The notes beneath the pieces are model-generated. The model did not search any database. It was not told the DNA's origin and was given only the letters and a program-made list of their open reading frames with translations. Shown here one piece after another: positions 53,561-64,000 of a stretch of DNA of 64,000 nt (the first letter of the stretch is position 1; each line of letters begins with the position of its first letter). This DNA is from Octopus sinensis (Eukaryota), in the NCBI RefSeq assembly GCF_006345805.1, contig NC_042998.1:72416001-72480000 (forward strand), given 5' to 3'. The position numbers were made by a program, and so were the translations under genes.

Positions 53561-54529
53561 TGAGTCGGATTGACTCAGTGCACAGCCTTTCCTCACTTTA
53601 AAAAAATCTTCTTGCATAGGCATTGCACGATAAGAACATTGATTAAGCTTCGTGCAATGGCCATACTCGATAACAAGGGGGCAACCACCATATGTATATA
53701 CTATAATGTGGATCCTCGTCCATTTATATTTTTGTCTTCACTGTTATTTCGTGGCGGTTTTCTGCCTCTTATTATCTTTGACTCGTATATAGTATTATCG
53801 ATGATAGGTAAGCAAGACAATGACTTGAAACGTCTACCTTGACAGTAACTCGAACTCGTATATAACACGTTACTAGCACTGACTCCAACTGAGAACTCGC
53901 ACAATGACTCTACTATTACTGGTCTTATAGTGACCCCTCATACCGCTTTCTGGCGTGGGAATGAGAGTACCATTTTCACTTTTTAAATTGTTTATTTCTT
54001 TGGGAAGCAAATAATTTTGCCTACTTCATTCAACACCCCTCACGTTTTAGCGTTTTTATTTCCAACTTAATTTTTTTTCTTTTTGGCGCTTATTTGTAGG
54101 ATCTTTGTGTTTTTTCTTCCACTTGTAAGCGTGGGTTCAACCACCTGTAATAATGATGGGACCGGAAATGTATCTTACAACCATTCCGTAGGTTCTTCTA
54201 ATTTGTCTGTTTCATTTTCTATGACTCTTTTTCAATAATTGTTCTACTTTGAATTCCGTACATCATTTTTCCTATATACTTTGTAATTTTGCCATCTTCT
54301 CAGTATTGTTTTCCGTTATTATATGATTTTATGTGCACCTTATTACTGATTTCACTTTCCTTGTCTAAAGCCCTCAATAGAAAACATATCACATGTTGAT
54401 ATGAAAATATATATATTTGTGCATAATTATTATAATTATATAAAAAAATAATACGAACTGCTACAATAATACGTCCTTCTCAACACGTAATACGTATGTA
54501 CCTATGGGTATGTTTGTAAGTAAATATAT

Positions 54530-54578
<49 letters not shown>

Positions 54579-54579
<1 letters not shown>

Positions 54580-54777
54580 ATATAACATGGACTCTATTGA
54601 ATGTATGAAACAATTGTGAACTGTTCCATTATACTTTTTATTATAAAAATTTTTTTTTGATAAGGTTCGTTATTCAAGAACCGAAACATTAAAATTTATC
54701 TAATATAGTTGCATTTTCAAACTTCTTTTTTACAAATATATACCCACTCGTATACGATCTAATCTTATTATAAATAT

Positions 54778-54827
<50 letters not shown>

Positions 54828-55071
54828 ATATATATATATATATATATATGCGTGTGTGTGTGTGTGTGTGTGTGGTGTATATAACATGGACTCTATTGAA
54901 TGTATGAAACAATTGTGAACTGTTCCATTATACTTTTTATTATAAAAATTTTTTTTTGATAAGGTTCGTTATTTCAAGAACCGAAACATTAAAATTTATC
55001 TAATATAGTTGCATTTTCAAACTTCTTTTTTACAAATATATACCCACTCGTATACGATCTAATCTTATTAT

Positions 55072-55075
<4 letters not shown>
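54579..55075 (+). mobile_element. Two tandem ~200-bp PLE-type terminal repeats, ~300-bp period, each with a U3-A8 HHR-like motif
   Basis: TTGATAA-GGTTC-loop-GAACC-GAAA at 54657-54686 and 54956-54986. The tail TTGCATTTTCAAAC..CCCACTCGTA matches the family B terminus. Confidence 0.7.
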
Positions 55076-55103
<28 letters not shown>

Positions 55104-56111
55104 ATATATATATATATGCGTGTGTGTGTGTGTGTGTGTGTGTTGTGTGTGTGTGTGTGTATGTACGTGTGTGTGTGTATGTATTTCTCATGTATATACC
55201 TTTTCATTCCTACATAAATACAATAATCATAAGATACATTGATTTTTTGAATTTCACTATTATTTCTCTATTGATAACTTTCTCCTACCTCTGTTTATAC
55301 TTTATCTAATAAGAATAATATAATATAATACACCTAATAATAATAATAACTGATTCCTTTGTCTGCATATGCATATACATATGCATATACATTTATATAT
55401 ATATGTGTTTATGTATATTTATGTATACGTGTGTATATCTAAAAGTATGTATATACTGTACGTATGTACTTTTGTCCTCTTTTTTCTTCTTTTTTCATTT
55501 TTCTTTTCTTTTGTTCATTTTCCCTTTTTTCTTTTTTTTCTCTTCCTTTTCTTTTTCTTATTTTCTTTTTTTTTTGTTCTTTTTTCCCTTTTACAATCCT
55601 TTTTGATCGAAAACCTACGCCACCTTTTTTTTTCTCCCCCAAAAGAAAAGCTCTACCTTGTAACTTGTCCCATCTGTGTGCAGCCCCTGTGTGGCCAATA
55701 AAGAAACTTAAAGTCTATGACGAAGCCCAGAGACACACCCATGTACCTGAATCTAGACGTACCAAGTATTTCAGTTCACTGGAGAAATAAAAGTAGAATG
55801 GCGTTCTATGGCCTCTTGGTTGAAACAGCAGTAAGATATTATCCTACTTTCTATGCTTTACGTTATATATTTTAATAATTACTGGTATTTCTATATTTTA
55901 TATTTTATATATTATATATGCAAAGCATTATATGTGATACATGTATGTATATTGTTATAATTTTCTTTTTAAAAAATAAATAAATAAACTTAATTTGATG
56001 TCTAAAAGTTGATGAGTACTACCACTTGATTCCCTCTATTTTCTTATTGCTGTAGATATAGATATATATATATATAAGTAAAGTTTTTCACCCTATCAAT
56101 ATGACTGATCG

Positions 56112-56748
56112 ACGTTACTATCGTTTTCAACCTCAGGATGAGTGTCCTCTTGCTGGTTATCGATGAAATCTGCAGATGGTATATATTGGAAGAAGGAGAG
56201 TGAATCCCAGTTAACTTCTATTTCATGACAGGATCACCAGACCGAACAGTTTCCGGCCATTCGTGCCTATCGCTGGAGAAAGCAGGAATTCGCTTTTGGA
56301 CGCAATCTATAGAAAACAATCGACAATCCGTCAGTGATCTTTGAACAAGCAAAGTAGTTATTTACAAAATTTCTATAAAAGATGAAGGTAGTAACTATAA
56401 TGAAATTTCAAAAACTATAATAACATCAAACAGCCATATTGATGCGGCAATAAACATTATTCCTATGTATAGTTACTACTTTCATCACTAATAGACATTT
56501 TCTAACTAACAACTTTGCTTGTTGCAAGTTTCAGTGAGTGATTGTCGCTTGGTTTTCCGTTTAATGCGAGTTGAATCGAATTCCGGCTATTTCTAGTGAC
56601 CGGGTGTTCACCACTGACAATAGCAACAAATAGCCTGAATCAATTCCGTCTGGTGATCCTGACTTCTGCTTGCAATATATGCTGGATGCATATTGCATCG
56701 ATAACCATCTTGAAGAGACTCTTGCCGTGGTTAAAAATGGTAGTAACG
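56112..56748. repeat. Old inverted repeat, arms ~56112-56245 and ~56647-56748
   Basis: ACGTTACTA..GGTTATCGATG..CAGGATCACCAGAC matches in reverse complement with many mismatches. Confidence 0.6.
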
Positions 56749-56838
56749 TAGAAGAGTCGTATTGGCGATAACTATTACTTCTCAGTATAGTTATACTCTG
56801 ATCTCTTATAAAGATATCTTAACTGGCTACTTTGCTTG

Positions 56839-56874
<36 letters not shown>

Positions 56875-57696
56875 CATTTAGTGTTTGAACATGTCGGCAT
56901 GATATGTTTTGGTCGCATTCCCGTCAATTTTCTAGTTGGTGCCTCCTGAGATTATAAGCAATATTATCGATAATGGTATGTAATCGCGTTTCACACTGTA
57001 GCCAATAACTGATGAGGAGTTGGTGATCATTTGTGTTTGTTCTCATTTGAAAGGTGTGAATATGATATGTTTTTCAAACTGAGCCTGTGTTTTCCGTTCG
57101 TTTGCTTATTTACTATAGATATGTTTACTTATATATATAGGTAATAACATATGTCCTTTGAAAACATGATGTTCTGGATGTCAGTTAAGTCCTCTGGTAT
57201 GAGATAGGTATAAAACCTTAAAAAGACATTTTTAGATTTTCAATGAGAGCGATTATATATCAGAGAACAGAACGTTGGAAAAGTTATATCTTAAAAATCG
57301 CAGTATAGATAAGTACATAAAATAAACAATATTATATTAATAAATAAATCGATCTTAAATAACATCTCCGTCATTCGATTTCCTCCTGAAATTCATCCTT
57401 TCTCTGATAAGTGCATATACTCCACAATGATGCTTATCAAATTTAGTTTTCAGTTTGAGAGAGAGTATATTCATGATACGATCGTAAGAACTTTTAAAAC
57501 ATTAAAACATTTTTTAATGTTCATAGCTGTACTTTATATATTAATACAATATTGCTTATATTATGTACTGCGATTTTTCAGATATAACGTTTCCAACTTT
57601 TCACTCTCTAATATATATATATATATATAATCAGGTGGTGCTAAGTTAGACATGGTCTGGACCAATCTTTGGTCGAAACATATCTAAGTTTATCTA

Positions 57697-57782
<86 letters not shown>

Positions 57783-57849
57783 AGACAGATCCAAGTCTAG
57801 GGAATAAGAAACCTGACGAACACGTAGTGTATTTTGCTTGACGAGGAAT

Positions 57850-58543
57850 GCTTGGATTTGTCAGTTCTTTGCTGCCCAAATGTCGGGTCGCTTTCGCCGC
57901 ACGGCTTCACAAATTACCTGATCTGTTGGTGCATACTCACGGTGTACAATACCTCTGTAGACAAAACAGAACGCTGCCATGTCTTTAAAGCAAGTTTACT
58001 AATGGCTTTAACGCTTTAGGAATGGTCACTTGTCGCTTAAAGATCAACCACATTCAAGACGGCCGTCGACCTTCTGAACGTATGAAAGTGTCATGAAAAT
58101 TCATGAAGTGATCTTCGAGAACCGTCACTCAACGACTGGCGAACGTTTTGAAATGATTTGTGTGTCTTAGAGCTCCTGTCATTTTGAGTGAGTAATTGCG
58201 AATTTAGCAAAATTTGTGTCTCGCTTGCTCACGGAAAATTAAAGGCAGTCACGACTGAGTGCGTATCATGGACTGAAAGATAGGTTAGAAGTTGATCCAG
58301 AGTTTTCTTCGAATTTGGAGCTACTGAATTTTCAGATGTGGAAGGGGTGAAAAAATCACGGAGCCGTTAAAACACATCCCTTCGCAAGTGTCCCAGTACA
58401 GTGTCGAGTAGCGGAAAACGCGTCTGGACCGATGCATCGCTTCTAATGGAGAATACTTTGAGGGCGATAAAAGTGTAGAGATGTAAAAATTAATGAATAA
58501 AATAAAATTGCAAAATTCTGCTTTCTTTGAGGTACTACTCGTA
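57850..58543 (+). mobile_element. Internally deleted mariner transposon remnant
   Basis: RFRNGHLSLKDQPHSRRPST, AKFVSRLLTEN and RLEVDPEF are joined to TRLDRCIASNGEYFEGD. The catalytic DDD region is absent, and the element ends CTCGTA. Confidence 0.85.
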
Positions 58544-61500
58544 TGAAAGTATATCAATATAATACCTATTATATTGCCAACAAGATAACGAAACAGCTGT
58601 AAAATAATGGAATGAAGATATATTCTCTCATTACACTTCTTTTATTTGGTCTGTCCATATACATTCTCTCTGCCAATAAATCGCTTCGATTTTCAGAACG
58701 ATGCGAAGGCTTATCCTAACCTCAACTACAATCATTGGTATTTGCCATGCACTTGGCGGTGAGGTGAATGAATGTAAATCCATATTATTACTATATATAT
58801 ACGCACGCATGCGCGCGCATGCACACACAGACACACACACACATTAATCAAGTTGCTGTTCCTTGTTTCGTCTGTAGTTTCCGAGCTAGTTACAACAGAA
58901 CCATCGTCTTGAACATGTAGTCTCCATACACGTGATGTGTTTATACGGCCAGCAATAGCTTGGGCATTATATCTCTTTAATTTTGCCTCTAAAAAGATTA
59001 CTCGATACCATATCAACGATTATTATTTTTTATTTTTTGTCGGGTCAGTCGCTTCCTACAATGAGTTCCACTTGTTTCGCAAGTTTTCGAGGATTCTTTG
59101 GCTATCAATTATGTCTGTGGAATACATAGTCTGGAAAGTGAATAAGAAAATGATTTCACATGAATAAACAATTGAATTCACATCTTTAAAACGGATAGCT
59201 ATAGAAATTTCTCACGACAAAAAGAATGATCAAATCACAATTATACTCTTCTACTCGGCATACACTTAAACAGAACTAACTTTTTTAGTTTTCGTATGTC
59301 AATATCAAGTCAGTAATCAGTTTCCGGATAACGACACATACATATACGAAGGGGTATAAGTACACATAGCTGCGAGAAAATTTAACAGTAAATCATGTTT
59401 CTTTGCCAATGGTTTATGCGAAATAAATGACTGAAGATACGATGTGTCAAGGAAATAACTTATTCAGCAACAGAATCCAGATTTTTACTTCAGTGGTGAT
59501 TCAAATGTAATGGCTGCGTATTAAGTATATTCATTAATGATTAAATGTAGCGGAATAGATTCCAGTACCAATATCCCAGATGTATAGAATTATATACTTA
59601 ATTGAATGTGAAATTATAATCATTTTAATTATAATCTTTAACTGACTACCGATATTGAAAGATTCTCCGCACATTAATATATTTTTCAATGTTGCGTGAT
59701 GATTTCGCCTACATACCTAAATATTCATCACAAATTCCTGTTGAGAATATTAAACTTTTACGAAGAAAATATGAACAAATTTTTTTTCTCAATTAGAAGC
59801 AACTTACATTCCTGAAGATAATTCTCTCGAAAATAACTAAACATTATTAGATATACTACTTGTATATAAATTACAGTAAAAGTAAAATGGTGTTTACAAT
59901 CACTGACGTGAGTGCAGAGTAAGCTCTTATGATGATGTCCTACATAGTCTAGAAGCAACAACTAATTTGGTAAGTACATGGTTTAGTAATGATGATGAAT
60001 AGATATATACAAGTAAAACCAACTGACTTGGAGAAGATCAAAATTATATTTGTATATTTTATTCAACATCTTCGAATCGCTATTCATCTATATGTTTTAT
60101 TTACTGGCTATTGCAATAATGATTTAATATGTAGCATTTCTATTCCTGACTATTTTTAGCCACAACCTACTTCCTACTCAGAAACTCATAATAAACAAAT
60201 TTAAAAGACATTATTCATGCTCATCAATGTCTCCATTTTACATGAATTTATATTACTTATGGCTAAAATATAAAAGTACATATAGAACAATGTATCCCTC
60301 AAAAATATTGTCCAGTAATTTTCATCACGACCTCTTAATAAATTTAGTGAGTATTTATTCTGTTACTTATATTTACTCTGTTATTTATAGTTTATATTTT
60401 ATTTTGCATTTGTGGACCTCTTTAGAATACATGTACGTATAACACTGTTAACTTGTTCTCTCATTGCTCATATACTACGCATATACCATGTATCCACTCA
60501 GACTACCTGAAATTTGATGTTTTTGACATATCTACAAACTGTGTCCAAACCACTTACTTCGTCATTTGTTGTATTCTTTTATTGCAATTACAGTCGCTTC
60601 TTCACAACGTACCAAGTCTGTAGCTTTATTCTAATCATCTCGGCCTATCTATTTCTTTATCAGCCATGTCATGTCTTCTATGGCATTCATTGCACTAAAT
60701 GCTTTCTGAATTATTCAAAATTATGTTTATTTCATTATCAACATTTCCATGCACTGTATCAAACTGATATAATATATTGGTCGTTCTTCATTCTCTTGAT
60801 AGGCACAAAATAAGATGGAAATTGTGCATACATACCGTTAAGATGAAGTAAATTAGCAACGTAAAGAAAAGCACCCGATAGAATAGATTAATGAGAGACA
60901 ATTTTTCAGAAACCTTTGCTAGTTTACATAACATTGTACACGCAGTTCCTTTAGCATTGATATATAATTATTTTCGGAATAATACAGTACGAAAATAAGA
61001 GATTGCCCATAAAGTTTGCAGGCACTTTTTTCTGTGATTGATTATTAATGTGTTAAAAATTAAAAGTCATGGAACGATATCGTTGTGGAAAGAATTACTT
61101 TGCAATCATCAAACAATCTGAAGTCCGCTTGAGGAGCTCTGCAACTAGACAGCGATGGTGATAAACCGATCTGCAAAATATATAATTTTTCCAGATATCA
61201 AAATATTTGTTCAAAGGAAAAATAGCTCATTGCAGGAAGAGTATGATCACGAAATCAATATGAAAAACAAAACCAAAAGACATGTAATCTGCTAAAGTTT
61301 ATTACATTCATACGAATCACAACTGCAGAAAAAATGCAATAATTTTTTTACTTGTTTCTGCATTATATAAAATCAGTGAAATAAGGTTATTAATTCGATG
61401 ATCACTTTCAAGAAATCGACGTATTAAGATAACTGAATATTTCTATTGCTGAACATGTTATCCTTAGTATTTCATTATGCTACAGTTGATCACATGTGTG

Positions 61501-63259
61501 ATGTTTTATTTTTAATTTAAAATATGATATTCGAACAACATCTAAACTACTTTTATTAACGTGAACTGAAGCATTCCATCTTAAGTTTCTAGTAACAGAA
61601 GAATAAATATTATATAATAAAGTGAGAGAAGGACTGAGTTGAATTCAATAGCAGAATTATGACTCATAACGTAATCTAAATATCAGCATAGAAATTAGCT
61701 TATCGTACGTGAGGTATATTTAATTTTGATTTCTATACAAATCGAATAAGATATTTTATGACATGGCAGGAATAAGTGTATTAAATTTATAAATCATGAC
61801 GTCACAAAGTTACTAATAGACTTGTCAACATAATTAAATAAAACAAAACTTCAGCAAATACACGTAATGGATCAATGTATTTCGTATAATAGTTCTTTTG
61901 GAATGCATACACTTTTGGTTGTTGTTTTGTTCCCTATAGAAACTCGTTACGTGTACCTAACAAATCACTCACAGGATGATGGCAAATATTTATTTAATAT
62001 AGAAATATGTACCAAAGAGAATATTAACCAAATTGTCATCCACTCTTTAATTCTTTAACATTTAACATTAACTACATAAAGCCTGAGTATCAAATATGTC
62101 GTCCGATATTTAGAGAATCATTGCTAGCCATCTTTAAATAATTTTGACCTCAGATTGAGCTCTATCGTTGGTTAACAACACTCGATAACTATTGTAGACA
62201 TGGAGGTTTACATGCACGGATATGACATCTATGTTATGATCTTTATTGATTTTCTGTAACCGAGTGAAAAGTATTAACAAATGTAATATACATAAACTAT
62301 TTCTATTGATCAACGTTATAAACTTAATTTTAAGAGATAGATTTGAATGAATATAATGTATCAACGCATCAAATTCCAACTTCACATCTGACAACGATAA
62401 TTTTCAACAGATATGGTGGAATTATCTGATACATGCACGTGGGAATTTATTTATTTACAAACGATAACAGGGAAAAAGCGGCCTACCATCTGGTACTGTG
62501 ATATTGTCAACAACATAAATCCCTTTTTTATGTTTTAACTCGCAGAATTTATATATTTGTTATCGGTGAACGTATATAAATGCATAATATATGTATGTGT
62601 GTGTGTGTGCGTATGTGTCTGTGCGTGCGTATGTGTGTGCGCGTATGTGTGTGTGTGTGCGTGTCTGCGTGCATGTGTATATACACAAATGTGCTCGCAC
62701 GTCGAGTTCAATTGTCTTCCGCGGAAAGTTTTTTTTTTTCAGTTGGTTACATAAGAAATGTTCACCGTTTTTCGGAATCATGTGACAAATAGTTCTATCC
62801 AACCGTTCAGAGATTTAAAATGTCTTTTCATAGAACCTCATGTTAAATGTAACAGCATGCCATCCAGAAACAGCATGCCATCTTCAAATAAATTAGCTAT
62901 TTGGTGCTTCACGATTACTTCTGCTGAGCATAATGCTGGAGTTAAGACTTACGTATCCCTATTTGCAGTTCAAAGAAATAGATTGCAGCTATGAGTTTAA
63001 AGTTATTTCTATTATTCCCGAAAACACAATAGAACACACAGATGTGTGTTTAGACATTAGTAGTTTAGACATTATGTAAATATACGTATATTTGTAATTG
63101 GATGTGTTAGATTGTGTATATAAATGTATACACACACCCACAAAAACATATACATTGAATGATACAAATTTTATGATAATTTTCCGAGCGAAGAATTTCC
63201 ATTAGTACAGCAGGGATATTGGATAAATTTCCACTCAAAAGGCGGGAAAAATTTGTCAG

Positions 63260-63355
63260 CAACCAGTCATGAGACTCGAGCCCATATCTCTCTATGATTC
63301 TGGTGAGTGCTTTACCAATAAGCTAGACTAGCAGCTAAGAAATTCAACAGCGAAT
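63260..63355 (-). mobile_element. Degenerate tRNA-like SINE head
   Basis: Minus-strand TAGCTTATTGGTA and GGGCTCGAGTCTC resemble A and B boxes. Confidence 0.45.
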
Positions 63356-63404
63356 TTAGACGCTAAATAGCTAAGTGTACTACTACGTGTATAAATATAA
63401 ACAC

Positions 63405-63689
63405 GGGCGTATGGCGTAGTGGTTAAGAGCGCGGACTATTAACACCAAGGCTCCGAGTTCGATTCCAGGTAGCATCCTGAATAATAATATTATTAATAAT
63501 AATAATAATAATAATAACAACATCGAAAAATGCCTTAGGAATGAGAACCCAGGTTCGAAATTTCTCCAAGACACATGATGAAGTCTGGAGGGTATATCAG
63601 CCGAAACGTGTTAACAACAAACAAGATGAGAACTAACATCCGTCAATTGTAAATAATGTAAATAATTCCTTATCTCTTCAATATAGAAC
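63405..63689 (+). mobile_element. tRNA-headed SINE-like unit: Pol III head, (AAT)n linker, hammerhead tail (family E)
   Basis: A-box TGGCGTAGTGG at 63412-63422 and B-box GAGTTCGATTCC at 63455-63466. HHR-like GACAC-ATGATGA-A-GTCTG-loop-CAGCC-GAAA-CGT-GTT at 63570-63612. Confidence 0.7.
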
Positions 63690-64000
63690 AACGCAAAATG
63701 TGTTCCTGAATTATCTTTACAACATCCACAATTTGTTGTATGTATCAAATATAAGATGCATTGAATTAATCAGATATTTGTAATAGAAATGTGGCTTGTC
63801 GCCTATATTTTCCAATAAACTATGATGATATATCCTTAATTTTTCAGAATGTTTCAAATTTTTCAGTTAGATTATAGATACGCTATATCTCTATATATAT
63901 ACGCGCACGCACTCATACACACTCGTCCTTTTTACTATAGGTAAAAGGTCTGAAATTTTGTGCACGCATGTTTGTGTGTGTGTGTGTGTGTGTACTTGCG

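Noticed and set aside
53570-54200. Possible second gag-like or GIY-YIG relic on the minus strand
   Set aside because: Only vague similarity, with no complete knuckle or YIG motif.
57630-57830. GACCA/TGGTC-GAAA hairpin and a separate CTGACGA
   Set aside because: The two half-motifs are on different sides of a (TA)n tract and in the wrong order, so neither forms a full core.
63405-63480. Functional tRNA gene
   Set aside because: The A and B boxes are present but the acceptor and anticodon stems do not pair properly, and there is no T-run terminator. It is better explained as a SINE head.

Overview
AT-rich, microsatellite-dense animal DNA made almost entirely of transposon material. The SINE and LINE types suggest an Octopus-like cephalopod, which is an inference. 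No intact host gene, rRNA, true tRNA or CRISPR array is supportable, and most ORFs in the supplied track are microsatellite read-through. The main structure is a set of Penelope-like element (PLE) derivatives. One is a 5'-truncated RT+GIY-YIG PLE (12676-14195) inside a ~1.8-2.1 kb inverted repeat. There are also two decayed PLEs of a second lineage and several fold-back or tandem terminal-repeat units, most of them sitting in (TA)n tracts. Many of these carry minimal hammerhead-ribozyme (HHR) motifs that point outward from the fold-back centre, including cores with the compensatory U3-A8 change. A tRNA-headed SINE-like unit is joined to an HHR tail at 63405-63689. A near-intact R4/Dong-type RT-RLE LINE (38010-41810) heads a train of truncated relatives, most of them separated by (TAA)n arrays. 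The window also holds mariner remnants, MITE-like inverted repeats, a gag-like zinc-knuckle ORF1 relic, a CR1/L2 fragment, 23-aa STPR-like repeats and a possible HDV-like ribozyme in an RTE-type 5' end. All RNA folds were done by eye and none has been tested for activity.
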